A DNA stretch of 64,000 nucleotides. Origin: Lytechinus pictus. Its lineage: Eukaryota. This document shows positions 28,526 to 40,904 of this stretch, piece after piece (the stretch's first letter is position 1; every line of letters begins with the position of its first letter). Under the pieces are notes generated by a model, which ran no database searches, was not told the origin of the DNA, and was given only the letters and a program-made list of their open reading frames with translations. The translations under genes were made by a program, and so were the position numbers. Location: assembly GCF_037042905.1 (NCBI RefSeq), contig NC_087251.1, forward strand, positions 43,216,001 through 43,280,000, written 5' to 3'.

Positions 28526-30784
28526 GTGTCAGGGAAAACCATCTCGTATGGCAAACTTTAAACCATGAGGAGAACAACATGATCCTATAAACTTGATGTC
28601 TTCATTTGACTTTGAAAAAGACTTTGTAACCAAGTAGAAGGAGAGGTTCATTCCAAAGTTCAACCATGACCATCAGAACATTGCTGTTCTCATTAAAGTA
28701 GGTCTAGGATCATTCGAGGGCGATACCCATTAAGATTTCGAGTGGTGACTCTGAAGAAGAGGGAATGCATATATTAGGAGACATTATCTGGAGGCTCAGT
28801 GTCTAGATATACTAAGACAAGACATATAAGTGTCAAAATAAAGGTAGAATCTCTAATAATCATTAAATGTTACTTTTCGAAAATGGACACGTTTGTAATA
28901 AAAAGAATCTTAGGAAATAAGAACATCAAGAGAGAGAAATCATATGTGTTACACCTGAACTAACTAGGGGGAGGTACTTACAGGAAAACCAATTTGGGCT
29001 AAACATCACTTTGTGGTAATCTGATATGGTTATTCTCGCACAATCATCATCATTAATCAAGCCGTTGACAACTCATTATGCTCATTTAGGTTTGGGCTCG
29101 TTGATGGCACAAAGAAACCAGACAATACTGCCTAATCTACCATCTCATACAGGTGGGTTGGTTCGACTTGATCCCATCCTCTTGTTCAGATCAATCATAT
29201 TCATAAACCCCCTCCGGCAACAAGCAATTAGCTGGCAAAATACTCAACTACACCAATTCCAAAGTTTTGATCAAGCAATAATTGGCCGTTGTCATGATCT
29301 AACTTATTTTGACTCACAAATTGTCCTCAATTTTTGTGTGGCAGAGAGAAAATGAATTGTAAAAAAAGAGAGGTAAGTGAGTAATTTTGCAAGTATTTGA
29401 CACAATGAAATGAAAGAATTTGTTGCTAATCCTTGGCTTTTTAAGTTGAAGGTTTCCAGCGGATCTTTGACATTGATGGGTTGTGAACAGAGGTGGGTGT
29501 GACCTCCGCCTGACCTATTTCTTTGTGCAAGGCTCATCTCCCATCTATGGTTACCTTAATGCATTTTGGTACAGCTCATTAATTCGCGTGTGATTGCGCT
29601 CTTCAAACGCAATGTTCAAGAAAGAGGAGAAAGAACAACCCCTAATAGAAAATGGATCATTTAAAATCAATCCAACGAAATAAAAAACTTTTGCTCAACA
29701 ATGACAAGACGGCCACATCACCTTCACGACTCCAAAGCAACAAGAATCATTTGGGCTGGAGGGGTTTTGGTACCATTTGCTCTATTCAGTGTTCCATTTG
29801 GTTGTGTTTGATTGTCGCGATCACACTCCTGTGAAATTGGATAAAGCTATCTTGGCTCCTTGAACTAATTAGGCGGAGTCGGATGAAAATAAAAAGAAGT
29901 CAACAACACAAATGATGTCTGAAACACAATCATTTTTATGGTGATTTCTTACGAAGTCTAGCGGTTTTTTGTACCTATTTTCAAAAAACTTACTCTTCAG
30001 CCTTTAGGCATACTTACATTTATAAACCGGTGTCACAATACCTGAAATGACTCAACAACCTACAACCACAGACTAACGATCATCTGCGTCTTTGACACAT
30101 TCTCTCTCACTACTTCTCTATACTTTTCCCCTGGTATTGCCTTTTTTGTTATGGTTTAAATGTTTTCAAGCCTGCCTGTTAATACAATTAATATTAGGGT
30201 ATCAAAAGTGCTCTTCAACTACATAGATGAACTTAATTTAACATGCTGCTGTTGAGAATCGGCACCAAATAATTAAATACACACAAATCCCACAGAGCTG
30301 GAATCCATCCGGCGCATGAATAATTAACAGAGCTGCTCCTCAACAACCATCTTCAAAGTCAGGTTATTCATTAAGTCTCTGAAAATGAAAGCTGAGACCC
30401 GATGACAAGGAAAGGTATATAGAATCATAAAGCTTTGATATAGTTCAATTCAAATCAATTCATTAGACCATTTTCTTAAGGAATGATAGCTACTCCTTGG
30501 GTTAAGCTCCACTGCTCCATCCTTAGGCAACTTCTACAAATCATCATACTGGTTCTATAGCTGGGGTTTGGTGCTGCTATGTCAGCAACAATCACAACAA
30601 TCACAGTTAAGACACTCACCTGTATCTAGAAAACAATTTTACAGTCACACCAAAATAACCAACTCCAAACCGAGTAATGATATACTATTCGATATAACGT
30701 AATAGATTTAATCGGTCTGGAGTTGGTTTCATTGATATGACCATGCCCATTATTTTATAAAACGACGAGACTTGGAGCCCATAC

Positions 30785-31035
30785 CTTGCAAAGAAAGACG
30801 CCGCGGCCGAGGAACCGGTCACCGGTGCCGAGATGGTATTGGTAGGCGCCGCAGAACGCATCGCCATGGCCGCTGCTGTGCTGGTTCCTGTCATCGGGCC
30901 GATGCCTGAGGATGTCGTTGCTACGGCAGGAGGTATGTGATGCCTATCTTGAGGTGGTATGTAGGTGAGACTCTGGGGGATGGTTGTCCTTCCCATAGGA
31001 ACACCATTGTTGCTGCCCACGCCTCCAAAGTTACC
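30785..31035 (-). CDS. KIF26: Next visible coding exon of the KIF26-like gene, ending in the conserved AASFFAR motif
   Basis: The acceptor is tttattttcag|GGT at 31035 (phase 0, compatible with the upstream exon). The donor is GCA AG|gtatgg at 30785 (phase 2). The exon is 251 bp and translates GNFGGVGSNNGVPMGR...GSSAAASFFA(R). AASFFAR precedes AAQKL and the motor domain in KIF26 proteins. Confidence 0.9.
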
Positions 31036-31370
31036 CTGAAAATAAAAAATGAGAAAGAAAATTTCATTAAAGATGGAATCATTACATGTGGATAAGAATA
31101 AATGTACTCATGATGACTTAGAATAAGCCATAAGAGTTTTTTACCAAAACAAATTCCAATAAAAATGGAAAATTCAATAAGCACAATTATGCTATTGACT
31201 TTAACACAGGACAAAATTAGTGAAATCAGTTCGAATTTCTTTTTTTTTTTGCAACAGAGCCCAGATTTAATATAACTGTGGCAACATCAAACTTATCAGG
31301 CTTAAAGCATTTCTTGACTATGCATGCACTCTATTCCAATAGATAATTAAAAAAAAAACCTAACAATTAA

Positions 31371-31765
31371 AGAGAAATTCCAGTAGTTGCAGTAAACACT
31401 GATTTCATGAGAAAGTCTGTAAAACCAGGCTTAATTGTCAGTATATCATCGAGGATCTAGATCTGGTACAGTTACATAAACTGAACTTTATGAAATCTTG
31501 AAATCTACGCTGAAAAATGTTCATACTGAACTTCCCCAACACAGATAAGCGCACGTGGGACTGTGTATAATTAGTGCTTTGAGCGTCGGGCCCGACGCTC
31601 TACTCGAATCCTGTGCTTATTTGCTGATTTCTCAGCAATTACACAATTTTTTCCAGAATCCTTTGGCACATGCGTTTTATTTATACAAACAGACACTTTG
31701 GTGGTCATTTCATTGGATTCTGTACGAACTCATTTTGATATCGTTACCAAAACTAGCATTTACCT
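31371..31765. mobile_element. Non-autonomous TTAA-flanked DNA transposon (Kolobok-like)
   Basis: TTAA lies at 31367-31370 and 31766-31769. The termini are AG...CT with short imperfect TIRs (agagaaattccagt / actagcatttacct). An inverted second copy lies at about 61641-62021. Confidence 0.85.
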
Positions 31766-31882
31766 TTAAGATAATAAAAATGGGAAATAGGAATAACTTC
31801 AAAGCAATATTGATAAGTATTGGTTATATTCAACCTCATGGTCATCATCTTGAATTGCAATTGTGTCCCACCAACCTTTTAA

Positions 31883-32473
31883 AGGGGAATCCAACCCAAA
31901 TAAAAACTTGTTTTTATAAGAAAGAGAAAAATCAGACAAGTTGATAGGTGAAAGTTTGAACAATATTGGACAAACAACAAAAAAGTTATGAATTTTTAAA
32001 AGTTGTAAATATTGGTAATCACTATACCCATGGAGACTTCAAATTGGCCGCATATGGGATGTCATAGTGATGTAAGGCAAGGACTACTCTTCTATGTACT
32101 CCAATACATATTATGGCTAAAATGTCATTTTTCCCAAAAGTTTTATTTCAAATTATATTTTTCATGAGGACATAAAACAATATACTACCTGGGTTATATT
32201 TAGATTACTGCCCCAGGGGAATGGGTACTTAGGAGAAAACCACAAATCCCTGATAATAAAGTACTTGGACTATGGGAAAGTTGTCCTTGCCCCTTGTCAT
32301 AATTTACTTACCCAGTTGCCAATTTGAAATCTACATACTATTAGTGATCTCAATTTTAAAGCAGCTATAACTTTCTTATTGCTTGTCCGATTTCTTTCAA
32401 ACTTTCACCATTCTGTTTAATTTATTTTTCTCCTTCCCAACACAACATTTTATGGCCAAGGCTGGATTCCCCT
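31883..32473. mobile_element. Non-autonomous TTAA-flanked DNA transposon (Kolobok-like)
   Basis: The structure is TTAA|aggggaatccaacc ... ggctggattcccct|TTAA. Further inverted similarity is present subterminally (ggtgaaagtttgaa / ttcaaactttcacc). Confidence 0.88.
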
Positions 32474-32578
32474 TTAATAGACTTTTCTATCATATCAGCT
32501 TAATTCCCAGATGATGATACACCTGGGTCATGGGCGTATACATGTTTATGAACTTTCTTTGGTCTGTTGGAAGTACTG

Positions 32579-32712
32579 GGGGGGGGAGCAATTCATGAAA
32601 CTAATAACCAGTGATTTTTAGTTATAAGCTACCAAAATCCTAGCATCTGATTGGCTCAGAGCAAATTTGTCAGTGGAAATCACTTACGTTTTTGTTTCAT
32701 TGAAACACTCCC
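32579..32712. mobile_element. Harbinger/PIF-like MITE
   Basis: The ends ggggagcaattcatgaaac and gtttcattgaaacactcc are flanked by CTG on both sides. The internal ataagctac..aaatcct.gcatctgattggctcagagcaa is shared with the 19281-19685 tandem. Confidence 0.7.
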
Positions 32713-32799
32713 CTGGTAAACAAACCAGGGGTGAATACATTCTGACAGTTGCGTTCACCAAAACAGAAACAAAATTCATTTAGCGGCGGCTTCCCATAG

Positions 32800-32960
32800 A
32801 CAAAACGAGGAGGGCGGGTGACTTTGTGTGGTGGAGCGAGCCGGTCATGATTGACGACCTACCAGCTAAAAACATCAAAGCTGCGACTCCCCCCCCCCCC
32901 TCTTTTCGCCTTCTTTTGATCACATTGTTCGGGTGACCTTTGACCTTGTGTGAACGAGGC
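32800..32960. promoter_or_regulatory. Candidate intronic cis-regulatory module
   Basis: It contains a GC box (gggcggg, 32812), a TCF/LEF consensus (acatcaaag, 32872-32880), a Sox consensus (cattgtt, 32923-32929) and a perfect nuclear-receptor DR1 (tgacct-t-tgacct, 32934-32946). The evidence is motif-only. Confidence 0.35.
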
Positions 32961-35900
32961 TAATCAAGAGGTATATTGTGAAATTAGCCTGGATAGTGTG
33001 GGAACATTCAGTCCATGAAACACCCCTCCTTTTCATTTACCTGTGTCCCAGGGACAATGCGTGACATAAATACATGGCCTGTCAAAATGATGAAAATAAA
33101 TTTGCAGTGGGAGGTGAAACTGAATTTTAATGAAGAACTCCTGAATTCATAGAACATACATGCTATTGTGCAGACAAGGCCTCTACGATGCAATAAACAC
33201 GAAAGAGGCATGCCAACATTCTTGAGGAAGATAAAGGGGCTTAAAATCATGAAAAGAAACATTAAGCATGAGTAGATATTCTGTGACATGTCTGCACACA
33301 TAAGACATATCCGTTCTTTTCTGTAATACTAGAACATGGAGTGTAACAATCAAGAGATACAACTATGTATGTCTAATTGCAACATTTTCTACATGATTTG
33401 CTAAAGACTAATAGTACACACAAAAACATAACAATTGATTAATAATGTATCGTTTATTTTACTGATGAAAATTATGTGAAACAAGTTGGCCTATTATAGA
33501 TACTACATACACTACAAAGTAATTTCTTTGTATAAAAGAGCAGTCATTGTATTCTACAAAGAAATCATATATATTGGTTTTAATTCTAGTGAGTAAAATA
33601 AATGTTCAATGCTTTATGCAAGACAATATTCCATGTAAGCTAGAAAAGCTTTGCTGGCAATGCCACTCTCTTAAACTACATAATTTCATGAATGAGTTGT
33701 AAAAACTGCATTTCAGTATATATCCATGCACAAAATAAACAGAGCCTTATGAGACTGACCTACTGACGTTTGTTTTCCTCCATAATGAACGTTTCGTGGC
33801 ATGGTGCTCAGTTAAAGCAAGGGGTTCAATTATCAAAGTAGTTCAAACTTTGACATAAAAATCAAGTAATCAATCCCTCAAAAAGATACACATGAAAGTC
33901 AGTGAACTCCAAAGACACTCTATTCAAATTCGGTCAAGGCCCAACTCCTTTTCAATCCAAAACAATAATTACAAACAAATATCAAACACAAGCAATAATG
34001 ATAAAAACTGTTTTGGGCCCCGAGGCGGTATCTCTTTGCTCCCCTTTCATCTCTGTTTTCAGATCTCGTGAATTTTACACCATTGTGCGTTTGGGAGACC
34101 CCAAACAAGAGGAAAAATTGTAACAAATTTCTGTTGAATAGGCACGCACTATCAGCTCAATGATTTTGTGCCATTTGACAAACAAGCATACACATCACAA
34201 TCACGTTGAAGATATTGAAACATCACCGGTGACATCTAACACGTAGGCATTTAATTCCACAAAAGGCAGACAGAATGACAAGCAAATCAGTTTCAATCTT
34301 GAACAAGCAATACAGCACCAAGTGTGCAGAGGGTCATTATTAAATACAAAGTCTGCGTTTTGAAAATGAAAAGAGTACAAGTGTAAGCAGTTAATGGTTA
34401 AACAAGGAAAGTCAAAGACAATATCCCACATTATAAGATCAATCTTTTATAGTACTTTGATGGTCGACTATTATGATTAATATCAAATATTAATATTTGT
34501 CAAACTAGAGCATATGAGTAACGAAAGAAATTATATGTGGGCCTATAAGAAGATGAAATTATATTTGATGGACAGGTCATTTCCATGACAATTAATTAAC
34601 CAGCAAAACAACTAAGGATTCTAAAGAACTAATTTGTAGCTTTAAAAGAGGGCATCACACTGTCTACCCTCACAACCTAGCAACAGACAACAACCACCTC
34701 TCCTCTCACCTAGCAACGCGTCGTCCAAAGAATGAAAAGTCACAGGTGTCGGCATGGGCGGTAATTGAAGCTTGTCTAATTCATAAGCTTGATCGCATCT
34801 CTTTCTAATTAATATGACACCTCTTATTATCCATTTCATTGTACTTGATGGTCAATATTTATCGAAATGAAATGGAAGGATAGATTATACAGTAAAACAA
34901 AAGCTCGCCAAGTAGTTGTCTCCTCTGTGCATCATATACGGGATGATGTTTTACCAAACATGATCTTTGATCATAACAAAGAGTCAAAACATGTTTTGTC
35001 TCACATTCTTGGTTGATTATACTCATGTCTAACATAATCATTCTTATTCCAGAGTTCACTTCCGCAAACCGATGCACTTTTTTTTATGACTTTATGCAAA
35101 TGGAGAGATTGAGAAACAGAGGGTATGTGAGAGAGATAAAGAGATGGAGAGATGAGAAAGTACTGCTCAGAAAAATAAAATAACAAGAGAGAGGGGGGGG
35201 GGGAAATTAATTCAGCTTTCAATTGTGGTACCGTCAAAATACCCAATATATTGTTTGAATAGAGTAAAGGTTTGTTCTTTGAAGAATACTTTACATATTC
35301 AAGTAAATTATAATGGGTCTAAACAACATAATAAAGACGTGAGTGGAGGGTCGGACCTGTAAAGAAGTACACTGTACTCTTCATACAAAGCTACAGAGCG
35401 GGTCTGCACACAGCTCGAACAAATCCTCATGGGTCCCGACTAACTAGGCAACAAGAACGCGCCTTTCTTCCCTAAATTCTGGCTTCACAATTCTCACTTC
35501 CTTGAGACAATGATCAGAAAGATCTTGACGATGATGAATTGCCTCGTCTCCACAGGTAATGAACTTTGGAGCAGAAAAACCCTTTATTTTACTCTATAAA
35601 CAATGACCCCGATTTCCTGAGAAGTGCAGCACATGTGATGAAATGAAATTGAAATTACTCACTAAATTGTGTTCCCTCCATTCTTCCATACCCTCCGGAT
35701 TGCCAAGCAACGTGTAGAGAAAAATGGGGCGTCCAGGCGAAATATCGGCCCAAATACTGGGATAGCCTTTGTTTTCTTTTTGGGAATGATGGATAACAGA
35801 TCAAACAGAGAGTGCAGTCATAAATAGCACATGCACGATATAAGCATGTTTGACTTTCACGGAAAGGAGACGCAAGGGAAATGGGTACTCGTCTGGGTAC

Positions 35901-36735
35901 TGTACAGACAAGAATAGAAGAATTCACCACAATTAATAAAGAAAGGAGAGTGCAACCAGGAGAAGTCTGGGCATTCGGCATGCGCCTATCATATCTTCTA
36001 TACAGTGCCGGTATACCTTTGAGCATCGCTCCATTGTCCCTCACCTAAAATCCCAGATATTCCTTTTCTTTTTAACAAACTCAAATATTGACCATGAACA
36101 ACATCATGAAAAAAATAATAACTGCTTTCAACAATCTTTGATAATGATATCGAAATCTGCACAATGGTAAAAATACAAAGAGTGACTAAAATTTGGATTT
36201 CGTAAGCATTGATAGACATGCCCTTTCTAGATCAGCAACCAAGACACCAGGCAACTTGGTGGACCCCCATTCCTGAGAAGCCCTCGGCTGTTGGCAAAGT
36301 GCACACACGTGTCGTCTTGAAATTGTAAACTGCCTACCTTAGGTCAGAACAGAAGCGTGAAATTTCTACTTGCAAGAACAACAAAGAAGAGGTCTAACTT
36401 GCCCCTGGTCAAGTTTACTCCTTAAAGACTCGGGTCATCACCAAGGTTAGTTCTACCAACCCTCTGGCTATTGATAGTTTTGACCCCCCTCATCGACTGG
36501 AGTATCTGCCAATCAAACGACACACTTCTCATCATGATTGATTTCCATTTTGTTATGAAGAAGAAAGTTTTTAATCCTTAGAGAAACTTGGAATTACACT
36601 CATAACTTCCTCAGGTTGCTATTTTAGAATTAGGGAAAAGCACAGAAGAGTCGGTCTTCAATTGGCTCACTATCTTTTCATAGATCTCAATAGGATATGG
36701 ACTCTACATAAGTCAAATAAAACATTGATCTACAA

Positions 36736-36880
36736 TGTGCTGCACTCGACCCAGGTGAGGTAAATGGGTACCGGCAGGAAGTGATTACTAAAAAAGCTGT
36801 GAGAATCGGTAGACTAGCTAACCTGGGGTAATAAAGGAGCACCTTTAGCATCTAACAAGGTGGATATGTGCACTAAAAAA
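36736..36880 (+). mobile_element. 5'-truncated copy of the SINE at 20568
   Basis: It shares tgtgctgcactcgacccaggtgaggt(g/a)aatgggtacc(c)ggcagga and cctggggtaata with the 20568 copy. Confidence 0.8.
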
Positions 36881-38400
36881 ATAAACTTGAAGCATTATTT
36901 CAGAACAAAATTTGCAAAACATGTATCTCCTTAGTCAAATTTTGCCTTTGTCAAATTGATTTCTGCAGTCCAAACAGATTCCACTTTGTCAGCATCACCT
37001 GTATGATGAAATATACAAGTAAGGACCATGGCTTTATGATCTTGCATACATGTATTCAAGTTAAACAAGGTGCAGCAACTTGCGACCATATGTCTTTGAA
37101 TTCATTTGCATAACCCGAAGGTCCGCCAAGAACTACCTGCCAATGAATGGATTCCGAAGGCGGGTTGCATGGCAAGCTTGGCTTGGTATGATCTCATCCT
37201 CCTCCTACCAATTCATTAATTCCCCCTCCCTGCCAGTACCTTCTGCTCAGATGCATTCATTAGCATCACCATCATCGCTGGACAAACGTGTCCACTACCC
37301 GCAAGTACTTCCTGCAATCTCGCTCCCACTTCCCCGGTGCAACATGCCACCAAGATTCCCCAACGCCCTTCCTCTTTAAGACACACCAAACAGCTTGTTC
37401 TTCCCATACCAAACCACCGCAAAAAAAAACTTGTTTCCGGATAATTGCAGAGGATGGGGGGTTACTGAACTTGAAATAATGTGCAATAGGTAAAGAGAAT
37501 CCTCTATCAAACTGTCGTTTACGATCATTCCCCCCTATTTATATCAAAACCTCATATTTGAAGGCTCAGTGCTATCTCAGTACTATCGTATACACCCACT
37601 CTGACCGAACACCATAAAATTGGACAGTGAAATACAGAGTGGTCAAGAGAAAACCAGTGACCGCACACATAAAAATGAGTCACAAATCAGGAGTAAAATC
37701 GGCAAAGACAGATTTCTTAAATCGTGTCTGATTCATTTATCGAGCCCATTGTTGGAATTTAGATACAAATTTAGACAGAAAAAAAACATCTAAAAATAAT
37801 AATAATATTCTATTTGATTTGATGAGATATTGATTGTTCCTAATTGATAAGTTATCATTTCATTTTTTTTTAAATAGTAAAACCAAGTAAGATAAGATGC
37901 ATCAGGTCAAAAGGTCATTGATTTCACAGTGATCAAATCCCTCTCCGACAATGTAGCGCTTGTTCAAGCTGCTACTCACTAATTTGGTGTTGGGTTATCT
38001 TTCACGTTTTTTTCCCTGCAATAATTCTGGTATGAATCCTTCAGGAAGTAAGTCTTGAATTTCAGGTATTGATTTTGGAACTCGACTGGAGCACTGCTTC
38101 GACGCAATTATGAGACAGCCCGGTACTGGTGGAGTCGTGTCGATGAAATATTCATGATGTGGAAAACAATGGTGCAAGATAAGTCGTGTAAAGCTGAACG
38201 ATGACTGGTTGTGAATTATAATACTGTTTCTGATTTATTTACTTTTACCAATCTCCATATCCTGCTAGATAATTTCATTTACATATTTCTTCTTTCTGTC
38301 AAGTTTTCCTTTACCAATCCCCAAATATTTTTTTTAACAACCTCTTCTTACTTCTATAATCAAATAGCAAGTCATTTACCATATTATCATTTGACAAAAA

Positions 38401-38600
38401 GGCACTATAGCTCAGTCGGTAGGGCAGGGAATTGATATTCTGGTGACCCGAGTTCTATTCCCACTTGGTGTGCTAGTGGTAATGCATTTAAAATCCTCAT
38501 TACCAGGTCCCTCGGATAGGACCTTAAGCCGTTGGTTCACTGGTTGCTTGCTTATAAGCATTCATGCTTTCTCAGCAACCAGGTAAATAATCACTACCAT
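38401..38600 (+). mobile_element. tRNA-derived SINE of a second family (degenerate)
   Basis: It has an A box (TAGCTCAGTCGG) and a degenerate B box (GAGTTCTATTCC). These are followed by a non-tRNA body (ccctcggataggaccttaagccgttgg) rather than a T-run terminator. Confidence 0.65.
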
Positions 38601-39731
38601 AATTGATGGGGAAACTACCAACATATTCAATATCCACGTTTGTTACACTTTTAAAACTTATGCAGTTTCATTTTGCTACTAAATTGAAATATCAAGGTAT
38701 CCTGAAAAGTTACATTTACAAATATCTTCTCTATTGAAACAAGTAAGGTCTTGATTTTGAAAGGAAAATCTACTAGCTGAAGGAGAATTCTAAATGTTTG
38801 AACATTGCTGTTGTCTTTGCATTGAAGGCTTTTATTTCATCACAATCAGCAAAACCAATACTAACGTTCTTGATCTAATATCCAGTTTTGACAAGAAAGA
38901 ACACGTTCATGCCGAGCAACATTTAGTCGAGAATCAGTATTTGGTTTAGCTTTATTCAATTAATCAAGGGCACACATGCTCACAAAGACCCAAATCTGAT
39001 TCGCATTGTAACTGAAAACCTATGTATGTTCTTCGGATTTCGGGGAGGGCACCGAGGGGAAAGATGATCCCTCTCCTGCCGCAGAGAAATCAATTTCCGC
39101 ACAGGTTGTGTCGCGACACCACCGCCACCACCGCAAGCCAGATGATCGGTCACGTCTAGGTGGACCACAAGAGGTTCTGTACCGGTCTGAAGTTACCACA
39201 CATGCCGGGATACACACGTTCCTGAAATCAAGAAAGCTCTGATTCCTAGTTTCACATGGAAAGGGGGTAAAAGGGTAGGAGGGCAGCAAGGAAATATACA
39301 TGATCAATTTTCATCCATTATTCAGGAGATGAACCCAATTGTTATGGTGTACATAAATCTACTCTTGAACTCTCAAGTTTTCTGTTATTCCTGTTACAGG
39401 AGCTTCAAAATAAACAACAACTTTAATATCGGGTAAACAATTAAGATTGATCTTGCCCTTTTCATTTGATCTCTGAGAAGAAATGATGGTGGATCTAAGA
39501 TCATCTCTTTTGATGAATCTTCTTTACTGTAACAAAAGAACCCCCAGCAAAACAAGTAGGATTAAGGAATTGGCCAATTTTTTGGATTCAGGGCAGGAGG
39601 GGTAATAGATTGGTCCCTCATATAAATAACATAGACCTACTGACTGATGGTTTGATCTTGATCAGGATCAAAATCAAGATAGATCAGGATCAGGATCAAG
39701 AAAGAGGGGGAAGGGGGTAATAAATAGTTGG

Positions 39732-39787
39732 TATATATATATATATTTATATATATATGTATATTTATATATATATATATATATATA
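39732..39787. repeat. (AT)n microsatellite
   Basis: An interrupted (TA)n run is directly visible. Confidence 0.9.
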
Positions 39788-40385
39788 CCTGTAGGTCACC
39801 ACACGTTCACCTGCAGACCGCGTGGTTCAGGTGAGATATAGAACAAGAGAGGGACATCCAATAGTCAATTAACCCTTCAGCCACAACACTTCACCCTTCT
39901 CCTATACCACCATCTGACTAATACAAATAGCCCGGAGGGGGTGCAGGAAGGTACCCCAGCGTGTGCGACACCGGTAGGTCCAAGTCACATCCACACCCCT
40001 ACCAAACGCCTCATGAATGCTAATTCAAGTAATCTGACACCTGGCCAAAGCCCCCCATCCCATATTTTCTCACACCTTCATATTTTCTTCTTATCGTTTC
40101 ATTGGAACAAGTTGAAGTGTCGCCTTATTCACGCATTGTGCATTTCCATAAACAAATGAAGATTCGATCTGCATAATTTATTTATCATAATATGATGAAT
40201 TTTTAGATGGAGGGGTAAAGTAAACAGGTCGTCACTTATTACGGTAAGAGGTCTGAGTCACTAACATTTAATGTTTTCTTCATCAAAATGGTAAAAATTG
40301 GTCTTGAATATTGAGCTCAGACAATAAAGCACATGTACAGAGTCTAGTAGGTGGATTGTTTGTTGGTGAAAGCACATGGTACAGG

Positions 40386-40904
40386 CCGGGGGGAGGGGGG
40401 TACTCAGTATAAATGAATGATACGTATGTGCCGTGGTTGAGACCCCCATTTTCAGCCTAAATTTCTGTTCTTGAGCATGACCAATTCAGAAAGCAGTAGA
40501 AATTCCCATTTTTTCCCGTTCCGGAGACCCTCAAATTTGTGATTTCTCACTCAAGAGAGCACCCGTCATGAACTACTCAGCCGGTCAGAGAGGGGAGCTC
40601 AAATTGGCACGGAGCCATTATGCCGACCCGCCGAAGCCCCCCATGCCTGCAGCTAGCATGACGCGCGCAGGTTTTTTTTTTACATAGCCGCTAACGATTA
40701 CGCCTACAATCTAATGAGTTCCAGAGACCCTCGTTTTCGATGTGGTCCGTTCCAGAACATTGCAATTTTAGCAATCGTTGATCCAAGAGCCGTTCCAGAG
40801 ACCCCGTTTTAAGACCAAAATTTAGTTCCAGAGCCCCCTATTTTCGAGTTGGCGTGGCACATAGGTATCATGTTATAATTTGAGTACCCCCCCCCCCCCC
40901 CGAG
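40386..40904. mobile_element. Non-autonomous DNA transposon with poly-G/poly-C TIRs
   Basis: The ends are ccgggggg..gggtactca and tgagtacccccccccccgag, flanked by the direct repeat ggtacagg (40378-40385 and 40905-40912). The motif gttcc(a/g)gagaccc recurs internally. Confidence 0.85.

Noticed and set aside
31555..31944. ORF sharing a peptide with the ORF at 61604-61843
   Set aside because: The similarity reflects two copies of the same non-coding transposon, not paralogous genes.
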